A stretch of 56,870 nt of DNA, counting the filler, from Dirinaria sp. TL-2023a (Eukaryota), in the NCBI GenBank assembly GCA_051941275.1. It is 3 parts of 3 records of this genome, joined end to end, with 100 filler letters (N's around TTAATTAATTAA, not from the genome) between each part and the next. Parts side by side here need not be neighbours in the genome. Positions count along the whole stretch, not along the records: positions 1 to 18,930 come from JAVEBF010000361.1; 2 more parts are not named here. The stretch is one strand, 5' to 3'. A model generated the notes under the pieces. That model saw only the letters and a program-made list of their open reading frames with translations, was not told the origin of the DNA and did not search any database. Of the stretch, positions 1-11,721 are shown one piece after another (position 1 is the first letter of the stretch; every line of letters starts with the position of its first letter). Position numbers and translations under genes: made by a program.

Positions 1-530
1 GTTTCAGATTTAGTCCACCTCCACAGTTCAAAGATTCTTCCATGCTTCGCAGCCCCTTTTTTTTTTTTTTTTTTTTTTTTTTTCCGGTGAAAAAGTGGTA
101 AATGCAGCATTTCGGAAGCGGATTTCCGAGATTGCGCTTCATGCCATCGTACCCGGAAAAGAAAAAAGCCCTCAATTCTGCTCAATTTTGCTCAATTTTT
201 GGACGCCAAGCCCGCCTTAGCTTACCTGAACTGGAATTGAGCAAGTTTGAGCGCATTTTTATTCAAGGCATCCTCATGATATAAATCCTTTGTCCATACG
301 TCTCAAAAGCCCCACAAAGAGTTATGACTTTCCCCGAACAATGGTATTCGCAGTCTTGATCTATCATCACTCGCAGCATTGGATCTCCATAATATAATTG
401 TTTTCTCAAGGCAGGCTCAACCAAAATTTCTCAAAGCAAAGGAAAACAGGGATCTTACCAGTATCCGCTTGGACTCTTGAATCCTATCAACAGCGAAAAA
501 AACCGCACACATATAGTATAGAATACTTTC

Positions 531-1058
531 ATGTGTGGTCCTGCTTCCGCGATTTCCCGCAATGGCGCTGGCGCCGTTGCCATCATTCATTGCCGCCCAG
601 GATCAGGTGTTGCGCCAAACCAGCTTCGGCTCTTCTTTTGGAATCCAAGCTCGCCCACTACGAGCGTCACGCAGGTGAGCGCCGAGACGGAAAACGGGCT
701 TTTGTTCGGCGACAGATTGCTCGGATTGAGGATACAGTACGTCTCTTTCTTGCTCGGATTCACTCTCGACGTGCGGAACAGAGTTGCTAATTTGAGATAC
801 AGTAATCATGGCGATCTTACAGTCGCTCCGTCTTTGACTTTGCCTTCAGTGGCTGCTCATGTGGACTGTGCGTCGGGTATTCTGGATGATGCGTCTGAGG
901 CTCTGGATTTTGTGGTTTCGGATGATGGCCAGATGGCGATGGCGAAGCTAGGAGAACGCCTTGAGCTGGCTGTTGGTGGGGAGGGCGTGATTGGGAAGAT
1001 GGTTTCTGTTACGAGCGGAGGGTTAGAGTACGGAGATGGGATTATTGGATGGAATTAG
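531..1058 (+). CDS. Degenerate Cu/Zn superoxide dismutase-fold protein (2 exons: 531-736, 803-1058)
   Basis: In-frame 66-nt intron GTACGT...GCTAAT...CAG (737-802). Splicing gives LRIHNHGDLT, like the SOD/CCS (F/I)HIHxxGDL motif. The C-terminus GVIGKMVSV...GDGIIGWN resembles SOD IIGRxxV...CGIIG. Most metal-ligand His residues are absent. Confidence 0.6.
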   Translation: MCGPASAISRNGAGAVAIIHCRPGSGVAPNQLRLFFWNPSSPTTSVTQVSAETENGLLFGDRLLGLRIQYVSFLLGFTLDVRNRVANLRYSNHGDLTVAPSLTLPSVAAHVDCASGILDDASEALDFVVSDDGQMAMAKLGERLELAVGGEGVIGKMVSVTSGGLEYGDGIIGWN

Positions 1059-2265
1059 CGTTTGACTAAGCTGACGGAATAACTTGGCGTGCGATTGTTT
1101 TGGATGTATACTCACCTAGGTGCCTGCAACTCCCTATATACAAATCGCGCGTTTTCAATTCCGCAATCAGCTCTCATATACTAGGTTCCGAAACTGTTTC
1201 TAAGGCTCAACAAGCTGCGTCGGCTTTGCTCCTAGCTGAGAGTAGATCTATCGAAGAGCATATTGAAAATATTATCAGCTTTTTATCGTCACTTAATCAA
1301 GCCGTTCTAACGACTCAGCTTCATCATCTCTCGGGCTTGAGCAGCACTTGTATCAGTTAAATAATACTTTTGTCCAACATACGAAATAGATCTCGCTACA
1401 TATCCATCGATACTGCGAGAAGCGCCTCCCACGAGAAAAGCATACTGTGAGGAGAGCGTGACGTAGAAAAGATATAAGCGTGAGCAGAGTCCCGTGAGGA
1501 CGCAATGTAGAGATGAGATGATTCAGTGAGAAGAGGATGCCCTGGATATTTGCCGTAATGTTAGTTCGCATCGAAGAAAGCTAAAATGAAGTCGGTGGTT
1601 CCAAAGAAAGCTAATATTGACAACACGAATGCATTATAGACTGCTGTAGCTGGCCGCCAGAGGTCTGTTGAGAAGCTGTGCGCAACAGTTCTGGGCCGCC
1701 ATCTTTCCGTGCCTCCGTGACATCAAGCTTTGTCCAAGCATACGATGCCCGAAAACAATCTTCAGGACCTGCCGGGTCTACAGCGAGCGGTGAGCTGCAC
1801 GGTTTACGCCTGGACATTATGTTTTTAGTGTTCCAGGGTAGCAAGAACGCTTCGAAAATTTTGTGACGTTCTATTCGACAGCAGTTAGCGATTTGTAGTG
1901 CCGTTAGAGGAGCAGATCCTAACTGACATCTTCGAGACTGCCTCGTATAATCGCATCCCCAATTCGCAAAGATATGGCCCTGTTTTCAGGTTCTCTCACG
2001 CAAAATCAGGGATTCACAGCTTTCGATACGAATTAACCGGTCGCTAGATTATTGTCGAAATGGGATGCGCCTTCGGATTTTCGCTCATTTTCTTTTTACA
2101 AAGTCGAGTGGCGATGGCGAACCCGCTCGGGTAGCGATTCAATGGGTCATTTCTCAACAAAAAATTTCCATGGGCCCAGGTACATAAGATCTTTTAGACT
2201 TCCGATTTTCCCTTTCGCACTGCTCTCGAAAGCACACATCAGCGTTCAACTGTTCATCAACTAAA

Positions 2266-3387
2266 ATGCCGCCTTCAGTTCAAATCGTGATACAAGCACT
2301 TCATGATGCGAAGAAAAACCTTTTCTCTCGTAAGACAAAAGACAGCAAAACTAGACTCAACGACTCGCAGGAACAATTGCTCGGTACTCAACTAGGTGAA
2401 AAACAGATAGATTTTGAGGACCATAAGCAATCTCTTACGGAATGGATAGCGAGTCAAAGGTCCAAGATACCTATTTTCCATCTTCCAAGGCATCTGATAT
2501 TACACATTTCTGATTTGCTTGACGAAGTTTCTCTGCTGTGCCTAAGAAACACCCATCATCACTTTCGGCAGGTTATCTCGCTGGATAACGCTCAGATCTC
2601 CCAATGCGCTCGTTGGAGAGCTCTCACTAAACTCGAGAAAGATATACCACGAGAAAAGCGCCTTTTCCTGAAGCGAATGGCCTGTTGGTATTGCAAAACA
2701 GCACACCCAAGATCGGATTTCGGGGTGTATCAAGGAAACGTAGGATATGGCATCGAACGCCTCAACTTCATTGAGACACTCACGCCCTGTTACCGCATAT
2801 GCTGGCGAGGCATTCCAAAATTGATTGATTACAATTCTGAAGGTTTTAAAGTGAATGAGCTCTTGGGCGAGAAGGCCACCGAGGATAAATGGCTCTGGAT
2901 TCCTCGGCTAATGTGCTGTCACTGTGCCAGTATCTTGCAAATGGACAGAAATCACAAAGTGAGCTGTCCCGGTTGTACTGAAGAATGCAAAGTATGCGGG
3001 GCTGGAATGCTTCGTTGCTTCGAGAGACATGGTCCGCCACGCCCCTTTGAGTCGTTTGAGAACATCAGATTCATAAGGCGCTCGAGAGATTACAAACTTG
3101 AGATTTGGGATTTCAATAGGATACGACATCCTCAAAGACCCTTACCACCAAACTCTATCACGTGGTCGCCTCGGGATCTCGAATTTGAAAGAGAACAGCT
3201 GGCGAGGGACAAAGCGTGTCTAGTTCATTCATCCTCGACTTCTCCCGATCATTTTTCGTTGTACAGTCTCGTTGAAACGCTCACACCAAAGAGGGTCAAC
3301 CAGTCGGTCGAGAAGAGCCCACCTTCAGTACTAAAATACGCCATGATCAGTCGATGCCTACGCTTAGCAGAAGCCATGACTCACTGA
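2266..3387 (+). CDS. F-box domain protein with Cys-rich C-terminal region
   Basis: 373-aa ORF. IFHLPRHLILHISDLLDEVSLLCLRNTHHHFRQVI matches the F-box pattern. Followed by CWYCKTAH, CCHC, CPGC and CKVC putative Zn ligands. Confidence 0.75.
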   Translation: MPPSVQIVIQALHDAKKNLFSRKTKDSKTRLNDSQEQLLGTQLGEKQIDFEDHKQSLTEWIASQRSKIPIFHLPRHLILHISDLLDEVSLLCLRNTHHHFRQVISLDNAQISQCARWRALTKLEKDIPREKRLFLKRMACWYCKTAHPRSDFGVYQGNVGYGIERLNFIETLTPCYRICWRGIPKLIDYNSEGFKVNELLGEKATEDKWLWIPRLMCCHCASILQMDRNHKVSCPGCTEECKVCGAGMLRCFERHGPPRPFESFENIRFIRRSRDYKLEIWDFNRIRHPQRPLPPNSITWSPRDLEFEREQLARDKACLVHSSSTSPDHFSLYSLVETLTPKRVNQSVEKSPPSVLKYAMISRCLRLAEAMTH

Positions 3388-4964
3388 TGTTCGGGCAGTC
3401 GCAAGGTCCCTCACTTCCTTCTCCATTAACCTTGGCCAATAACCCAGGCAATCAAATTTGCGAAGGACAACTGTAGTCGGCCTTCGACCTACAAAGGGGC
3501 TTCTTAACGTAGCGCGGTAATATGTGGTCGAATCGCCCCTAAAAGAGTGACTACGTCCATGTCCACGGAGGTTGAAAGATAGCAGGACGCGTCATGCTTT
3601 CTGACCACGAGTTGGACAATGCCCACTATCTCAACCACTACGCCGGCAAACGCCTGACATTCATCGTCGAGGTAGCTGCGTAATGTGCCTTTACCCTGCG
3701 GACATACAATGAAAGCTCGGGTAATAAGGGTCATACCCTTGTTCTATGCTGTAGACTGGGTCAATTTTACGCAACCCAAGAACTGAAAAAGCGAGAGTCG
3801 GGGTTATTTGGCCGTTAGCAAGTATTTCCAAGACAGCACCGTGGACTCTGATATCAACAACGAGCCGTTTATCCCTTATTTCTCGGCCGCAGGCGTGGAT
3901 TGGCCGGTGCCGTTAACCTTCGAAGCAGGAACCGGGTCTTTGAGCTTCAAACTTCTGGCAGGCCCAAGGGGTGAGCTAGGCGTTACGTTGACGAAAGTTG
4001 AGGCAAACGCTAGAAATGAGGCTATATGGTTGAAGTTGTGAGTGGCAGATCAGATGCCAGCGTTAGAAGATGATTTGCGAAATCCGTCGCAGCAATCAAG
4101 CGCTTTATTTAGCGGACGAAGTCCGAAAGAAGTTTGCAGCATTAATTGTAATCGCTTGCTGAGGTCATTTGTCTGTTGTCCATGTTCGAAGGAAGCCAAA
4201 CCTCGTCCACCAGCCAATAATTTAGAACGTTGTTGGATTCTATGCACAATGACATATCTCGCACGGCTTGCCCAGCCCCACAACAACCCTAAAGCACCAT
4301 CACCCACGACTTTTTAACTTTGATGCCATTGCATCCGCATCCAAGAAAGAGAATATATTCGGCAGATGTAAGTCTGAGAACAAATACCTATTTTTTGAAA
4401 GATGACGTTGTGTTTCTTATTTAATGTGTCGTCTCGCCCGCTCTCGGACTGGACACGAACTAAAGGTTGCGTACTGTACTCCGTACGATTCAGTGAATTC
4501 TTGCGAACAAACCGTGCGTCCTGAGCGGCAGCGTCATGCGTCGACTGTGGAGAGCGGCTGATGGCAAACCTGGCTATTACTCGACTCACGCGATGGCTAT
4601 CCCACAAGCAACAAAGCTCCTCTTACGATACCTGAGAGAAAATGAGTCCTTTCAGCAAAACGAATTAGCAAGCCTTGATCCTCGTTAATATTATCAGAGC
4701 ATTGACATTGAACGACGGGTCGAAATGAAAACTCATTGATGGATATCCCGATCACAGCTGCCGAGCGACTTGATGCGCGTGTAGGCAGCATATTGTGGGA
4801 TCTGATCGCCTCTTATGGCGCTCTATGCGCTCGCAGAGGCGCTGGAATCCAAAGTCCTATAAGTTCCAGCCACAATGATTCCGCGGAGATGCAATCGATC
4901 TTCGATAACATCTCGTGCGGTCCGCAAGTCGACAGATTTCGAAGTACCTTGTCTGGACCACACA

Positions 4965-5528
4965 ATGGCTAGGCTCGCATGTATCTCCAACCTACTTTGC
5001 ACCCTAAACCTATTATTCGCCATCGTAAGAGCTACAAACCCGTCGTTCTCTTCTTTTCCTTCAATTGGCCAAGTTTCCAGATCCAACATAAGCATACCCT
5101 CCCTTCTTACCACTCCAGGTTCAAACACCACTCTCAGCGACGATGATCCCTTTCTTACGTGCTTTGCTCCTCGAATCCTTCCTCCTCTCTATCCTATCAA
5201 CACCGCCGACGCTCTCATCCTCATAACCTCGTTACTGGCTAGAGGCAGCGCTTCTATGGTTGCGTGGAATACCCCTGACTATTCGGTGCCTCATACCTGG
5301 ATACACGGCACGGTTATGTTCACCTTTACGCGGTTGACAGACGATGCTTGGGATGTGTTTAGCGAGTTGCAGGTTGCGAAGGCGCTCGCCGAGGTGATCA
5401 TCCGGTGTGTCACACCAGCCGAACGTTTCAGAGGTGGCAAAACGAGGGTTGGTCCAAGGCATCAATTTAGTGTGGGTGTTATTGGCAGGGGAGCGCGAGA
5501 GCCTGTAGATGAGGCAAGTCGAAGCTAG
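4965..5528 (+). CDS. Small secreted protein of unknown function
   Basis: ATG at 4965 in CACAATGG context. Hydrophobic signal peptide MARLACISNLLCTLNLLFAIVRA, S/T-rich linker, C-terminal domain ending C...GG..RVG..F.V.V.G. Confidence 0.7.
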   Translation: MARLACISNLLCTLNLLFAIVRATNPSFSSFPSIGQVSRSNISIPSLLTTPGSNTTLSDDDPFLTCFAPRILPPLYPINTADALILITSLLARGSASMVAWNTPDYSVPHTWIHGTVMFTFTRLTDDAWDVFSELQVAKALAEVIIRCVTPAERFRGGKTRVGPRHQFSVGVIGRGAREPVDEASRS

Positions 5529-5984
5529 GTCTGCTTCAGGTTGTAATTGGAACGCATATCATTTATTCGGCACAGATAATCTTGGATGATCTCCGGAAAT
5601 CGACTGCTGCCGGCGAGGAAACCTTTAGGTCCTTCAAAAGGATTGAAACAGTAGATGGCTTTTGGGGGAGGTTTCCATGAGATTTTAACCTGGCTGATAT
5701 GCCTGGAAATAAGCTGTCTATTACGAAGGCTGAGGAGGCATGAACAGACAAGGGCACCCGATATAATGGCTCAAGTTGAAGGACATGGAACAAGAAAGCA
5801 TTCAAGCTGTGTCTTCTTTGATGGGGGCAGCATCTCCGGAAAAGGTATTTGTGTCTTTCCAGCCAAGCTTTCTCGTCTATTTTCTCCATTCCAAGGTCTT
5901 CGACAATTTGTTTCTCTTGTGTCATGGGACGAAAACAGCTCTTTTCGTGATCTTCCCGATGGACATCGCACCAAGACCTCCTGT

Positions 5985-6445
5985 GCTTCGCCCTTTTGAC
6001 GTGTGCATGTGTGTTGCGAAACCTTCGTATCTCCCAATTCTACCCTTCCCTACATGCGCAGTCTGCAAGGCAACTTTTTTTGAGGAATATCGCTGCCGTC
6101 ACATCCCTCTCGTTCAGTGGCAACAACTCTTTTCATCTATCAAGTCAATCCTCTTCGATTTTTTGATGTCTCAGGCTTCGGATTTTAGCACAATAACGTT
6201 TTCACGAAGTGTCGATGAATCGATTCTCCATGAAAGTGCCACTGTCAAATCGACAAATCGTTAAGTGTCAAGAGACGCTAGAAAAAGGATGACTCTTACG
6301 ATCTTAATTCTGAAGCATCGAGTTGAGAAGGAAGACATTGATAGACGACAATACGTATCTTAGTGACCAATACGACATTTAGGGAAGAGAAAGAACTTTG
6401 GATGTCAAGGATTCGCAACCCACATGCACACGCCAAATGGGAAGC
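5985..6445 (+). mobile_element. Non-autonomous TIR element (MITE-like), family A copy 1
   Basis: Imperfect ~70-bp terminal inverted repeats: GCTTCGCCCTTTTGACGTGTGCATGTGTGTTGCGAAACC versus the reverse complement of the right end GCTTCCCATTTGGCGTGTGCATGTGGGTTGCGAATCC. The interior is collinear with 21780-22277 (reverse strand). No clear TSD. Confidence 0.75.
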
Positions 6446-7276
6446 TCATGACTTAGTAATGAACGTCGCGCAAACTAAAATGAGAACTACAGGCATTTCT
6501 CCTGGAATTTCTCAGTAGTTATACTAGTCAATCAGCACCTTATCCGTAGCTCCAGGGAAGCCGTTCAAGTACCGAGGTTCGGTTTACTGAAGGCCAAGAC
6601 GAGCACAATGTTTTCACTGCAAACGAACTCAACTCCGATCAGGAGAAAAGTATAGCCACTGGTCCGGTAGTGTGCAAAGCAGGAGTTATCATGCTCCGTC
6701 ACCACAGCCTCCATCCAGCAATCCAAGTGAGATGACAACATGTGTATCCGGCATTCAATTGAAAGGGCTGATTTATCTCGATCCTATCGTGTGGTCGATC
6801 ATGTAACATCCAAAATCGATTCTGATGTTTATTTCATTCACTGCCAGAGCAATCTGAACATGGATATGTACACTGTTACATCCATAGGTATAGGGTTAAT
6901 TTGGACTCGCCACTTTAGCCTTTCTTGGAAATGCCTGAAAATGATGATCGCTAGGAAAATAAAAATCTATCATGCGCATGCCCCAATACGCATAGGCGTC
7001 TGATGTTTGTCTACATAATTGCCATATCGGCAAGTATGATTAAAAACATCAAAGGAATATATGAAAGCAAAGCATACTAGGAAGGAGACCAAAATCGCGA
7101 AAAAAGACAGCCTTCCAGAACTCATCAGCTCCATTCTGTGCAGAGAGAAGATCCTTGAGGATTGCTGCGCAGCATGTAAGAACCACTACCCTCCTGCTCA
7201 AGCTTGAAGCACGCTGTGAGCGCTACATCGCATTCAAACCTTCCATAGATGCCAGCGGATCCCAAATGAAACCTTC

Positions 7277-7672
7277 CTAATAACGATTGCGAGGAGTCTC
7301 TTCCCTGCGAGGGGATTTCTTCTTGCGAGGAAATTTCTTCCGGTGCGACCTGGAATCGCCGCTCTCGCCTGGTTTTGGTTTATCATAGAACAACTCGAGA
7401 AGATTTTTGGATCCTTGGTGCTTGAGCCGAAAGCGGCCGACATCGTCGGGAATTTTGTCGGGATCATCCTCGTATTGGCTGTCATTCTCTAGAGTTTTTA
7501 TGCCCCGCAGTACGCGGCTTTGGAAAAGAGTAACTTGGTTCGAGGGTTCGGATTTTTTGTTTCCTTTGTCATTCTGATCCATGTCTTCAGGATATCTCCG
7601 ATGTGGATACCAGGTATGATGGCATACCCATCCAAGATACATGCCCAGAATGACAAAAAGTATCGATATCAT
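7277..7672 (-). CDS. Possible small single-pass membrane protein
   Basis: ORF MISILFVILGMYLGWVCHH followed by a charged tail. No recognised family. Confidence 0.35.
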   Translation of the reverse strand: MISILFVILGMYLGWVCHHTWYPHRRYPEDMDQNDKGNKKSEPSNQVTLFQSRVLRGIKTLENDSQYEDDPDKIPDDVGRFRLKHQGSKNLLELFYDKPKPGESGDSRSHRKKFPRKKKSPRREETPRNRY

Positions 7673-8264
7673 TGAAGCTCCGTTCAAGAGCGAAAATTGG
7701 TTTGGCAGTGAATGGATGGCAGCCCCAGTAACAAGAAGATGCGCAACAATCCAATCACGCTTACTGATCGATTGATAGGTGGGCTAGTGAAAAGTGTTGA
7801 AAGTCAGGTCCGAGGATTTGGCTCCTTTATAGCCAGAGCTCACTTACACTAGACCTACTTTCCGCAAGCATGTCTAGTTTTTTACGAAAAACATGCAGTT
7901 GGACCCCGAGGGCTGATTTGTCGCAGGTTTGCTTTTGATCCTTAGATGAACAGATGGTCTGCAAACACTTGCGTGGCAGCGATTGCTGCGAAACCCAATT
8001 CCGATCTCAGGCTTGGCGATCGATCAAGCAACACACTTGCCGTAACCGCGAAGATTTGCGTAACGACTAAGTTGTTCACCTAGCACTTGTGCATGGTGGC
8101 TCTTCTCCATGCACCCAGTTGAAATCATAAAGACTAAATAATTCTACTGATGCATTGAGAAAGGTGGAGAGCGATGCTACTTTAGGCTTATTTATAGGCT
8201 CCCACTACCGCAACACCACCTTCACTTTTGCTGCCCACGTCGCCCTCCCCACTTATTGTTTTCC

Positions 8265-8550
8265 ATCTATCAATGCCTCTCTCAAAAAAGTTTTCTTTTC
8301 TAACACCAACCTGCTTTAACAGTTTTCCTATTTGACGATGACACGTTCGTGGTGAAATCAGTTCATCGTCATCTCGTGAAATCATCGTTGCTTGAAACTC
8401 GCGCTCTGTCAGAGCAAGAGAGATCGATAGATCTTCAGCCGGAGGCATCAAAGAGACCGAATCCATTATCACTCGAGAATGAGTAGTAGTTTCGCGGGGA
8501 AGAGTGGTGTGCCAGTAAAGTAGGGTGGTGTGGCGGCAGTGGGATCCTAT
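8265..8550 (-). mobile_element. Family A element copy 3 (diverged internal fragment, TIRs lost)
   Basis: Collinear matches to copy 2: TCTATCAATGCCT; ATTTGACGATGACAC..GAAATCAGTTCA; GGAGGCATCAAAGAGA; AAAGTAGGGTGGTGTGGCGGCAGTGGGAT (compare 22146-22178). Confidence 0.6.
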
Positions 8551-8817
8551 TGAGAATCTGATTAAAAGGAGCTAGAAGAAATTGGAAAAGGACGAATATA
8601 ATTACCGCCAAACACCTATGGCTGGGCATTCCCGTCCAAACCATATGGCTGACTCAATCACATCGGCGGTAAGAGTATACAAAAGATCACCCCTAAAAAG
8701 TCACGGAACAACTTGATTCTCGAAGCTTGCTCGATCGCGATAAGATGCAGCCATCAACCACTTTCATGGGTGAGAAAATGTCACGTCCGACTTCCGCAAA
8801 GCCGACTTAAATGGTTC

Positions 8818-9561
8818 TTACAATGATCCATATTGGGCGTCTGGGCACTCTGAAAGTTCATACAACCTTTTCGTCAGCAGCTCAATCAGGACGGATATGC
8901 CAATACCAGAAAATCCAAAACACCACCCAAATCGCTTCCCTGTAACCCTTTTAATCGACACGTAAAAATCCGGCTGCGTATAACCCGCCGTCTTGACCAA
9001 GCGATCAGCCTCCTCAAGCGGCAGCAGCGCCTGGATCTCCTCCCACTGCATCTCGTTGTACTGCGTTACGAGATCCGTGGGGAACATCATGTAGCCGGGT
9101 TCTCTCCATTGCTCCCATGGCAGCCCGGTGTTGATAAAAGTGATAACCTCGTGGTCTTCCCTGAGGGGACCGGGTTCTCGCGGTATAGTCAAAATCCAGA
9201 TCTCCCGAAGGGAGGAGGCGGAGGTTGTGAATTGTCCATCATGTTCAGGTCTTAGCAGGCTTAGGGTGGCGAGGTAACTGTGGCTGATTTTGTCATCGGG
9301 ATCGTTGGCGATGGCGGCCAGCTTATTACGGATGTTGTGCTCGATGCTCAGCGCGTTGGGTAGAGATACGTCGAATACCGACGAATTTTGGGGGATCGGT
9401 TTGTTTGTCTCCGTCGACTGCAAAGGTAGTGTGGATGAATTGAGTGTCAACGATGGTTGTGAGAGTGTTAAGAATCCACCAGCTGCCTGAAATCCCAGTG
9501 CGTTACACGAAAAACTTGCGAATACATTTAGGGCGAAGAACGACCACTTGGTGACCACCAT
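8818..9561 (-). CDS. Secreted protein of unknown function
   Basis: 247-aa intronless ORF with N-terminal signal peptide (MVVTKWSFFALNVFASFSCNALG), N-glycosylation sequons and a globular C-terminal half. Confidence 0.7.
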   Translation of the reverse strand: MVVTKWSFFALNVFASFSCNALGFQAAGGFLTLSQPSLTLNSSTLPLQSTETNKPIPQNSSVFDVSLPNALSIEHNIRNKLAAIANDPDDKISHSYLATLSLLRPEHDGQFTTSASSLREIWILTIPREPGPLREDHEVITFINTGLPWEQWREPGYMMFPTDLVTQYNEMQWEEIQALLPLEEADRLVKTAGYTQPDFYVSIKRVTGKRFGWCFGFSGIGISVLIELLTKRLYELSECPDAQYGSL

Positions 9562-11721
9562 CACGGGATTGGCAGATCCAAAGAGTTACACAAAGCAAAG
9601 GTGTAGGGGCATTCATTTGATGATCTTTACCATATCGTTATCGAGTAAGGTACGTTGGCCCGCTTTGCACGGGTACAGCCGCTGCAAAGAACAAGCGCTG
9701 AACAACGCCAGGCGCGAATAGATATTTACAGGCAGAGAAATCGGAATTTAACGAAAATGCTAGAATCTTGTCATGCATGAGATGACTAGAATCCGAACCC
9801 AATCTTGGCCGATGTTGAGCAGCTCTGCTATTTCGATCCTAGAGACGAGGTGCGTGACGAAATAGCAGACTGGAATGATAGATGAGTGCGATTCTCATTG
9901 ATGAGGAAGATATCAACGCAGAGACTAGCCCAACGCATTGATGGTCGACTGCTGATGAGATGTATTGATAAACTAATAGGTGAGTACAAGGAAGGACAAC
10001 ATATAATCGTTGACCATCATCCTTGCGGACGATACCAAGAATCTTGCCAAAAAAAAGTACAGTACCTAGACAAAAGTTATCGCGAAAATGCGTCAATTTC
10101 GCATTTCGAGGTGATAACTCTTTAGCTCATCGTCTTTTTTCTTAAATCGCATCAAGTTTCGAGGTTCGCTTGCTTGGGATTTGGGCAACATTTCCAGAAA
10201 ACATCGCCAAAATAAGCAAGACTCTTGATAGTGTCATGACGGTTGCCGATAATTGCGAAAGAGACAATCACTTGGAGTACGTCCATTTTCTAAGCAGTAA
10301 AAATTCGCTACATGCTTCGCCTCACTTACTGCGTATCAGAACAGTCTTGCACGTCATACACCGCCAATAGAGATACCGTCAAGACCTTTCCGGGTGCGCT
10401 TCTACAGCTTAACAATTGAGCGTGTCTGCCTCATCTACCCGGTAGAAAGAATTTACATGCCACCATTCTCGTCCGGAGCCCGCTTGTGCATGACTGGTGG
10501 CATTGAGCACAAAGCATATGCATCATCAAACTAGATTATTCCACTGATCATTCTGGTTCGCTGGACCAAAGCGACAATCACAGCGGACCGAAGTGGCAAT
10601 GACGGCTCTGTGCGAGCGATTTTGCCCGGACAGCGCTCGTCTTCTGAATCGTCACGGTCCAGAACATGTTAGCAAATGATACACTCAGCTGAGGGATCTG
10701 CTCAGATGTAAGTCTCGCCTATGAAAATGAACAAAAAAGTTTGTATACGACCCTCCTTTGGAGCCACCATAGTCAGCAAAACGAACGTGTTCGTTGAAGA
10801 AGCCTCAAACGTCTTCAACTATAAAATTCTTAGACTGGCAGTCTGCTGCTGTACCTTGTTGGATAAGTAGACTTCTAAGCGGGGTTTCGATTTGCCTGGG
10901 AAGTTGGACATTATGTCGAGACACGGTATGAATTGCGCAAAGTTCAACAGGTGGTCCTAGTGTCTGAACGCTCTCGGAACTCATGCTGTCTCTCATTGGT
11001 TGCGCCGGTTCGATCATTCGTCTGGGCATGACCACTTTCGATTCAAGTTCATATCATTTCTTCGCGGTTGATTGACGTATGTTAGGTTCCCCATTGTGGC
11101 TCTGTTCCAGTTCGCGTGCAAATATCCCGAAATCGAGCTGTTCTTTGACATGTTGGTCTTCGAGGATTTTCATCGACACCAAAATAAGCCACACTGCAGG
11201 AGCATGCGTGCTGTCTCGGCAGATCCTTGGTAATGGGTTTCTGTATGGATCGCACGAAGCTGGTTGAAGGCTTTTACACTGCCAAGCCGTCGCCAAAAAA
11301 TTTTCGTCCGAGCAGACTGCGCGTAGCGGCAATTTGTCGCCTGGACCTTTAACGTTGCGAGATGGACAGCCTGACAGATGCGATAATATCTTTTCCCATG
11401 GGATTTCACCAGTATCGTTGTCTTCGCGGAACCGTCCAGCTCTCCCTCATCCAATTTCTGGTTTTATAGATAAAATCAGTGTTCTGAATGATGAAGAAAA
11501 AATATCATCGACTGCACTGGCTTCAGAGAGTGGCCGCTCTCCAGCTCCTATACACCGTCTCTGCAGCTCCGGTCCAGTTCTCGACACCGAGTTTCACTCA
11601 ATCCTCACCCTGCGGCGCTTTTCGAATGTCTCCTCAACTATTGCCGAACATGTCGCTACCAATCTCATGCAAGCCTTCTTTCCTCAGGCTCCCTCATCCA
11701 CCGTTGAGATCACCTAATCGC

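Noticed and set aside
3504..4307. Possible minus-strand secreted-protein remnant (HNFNHIASFLAFASTFVNV...)
   Set aside because: No start codon, several stops, no consistent splice model and no recognisable family.
5776..6264. ORF whose tail resembles ORF 21951-22181 (ITFS...HES.TVKS..R)
   Set aside because: The similarity comes from the shared non-coding TIR element; frames and indels are not conserved elsewhere.
9839..11717. Several 60-130-aa ORFs
   Set aside because: No motifs, codon bias or coherent exon structure; treated as intergenic or decayed sequence.
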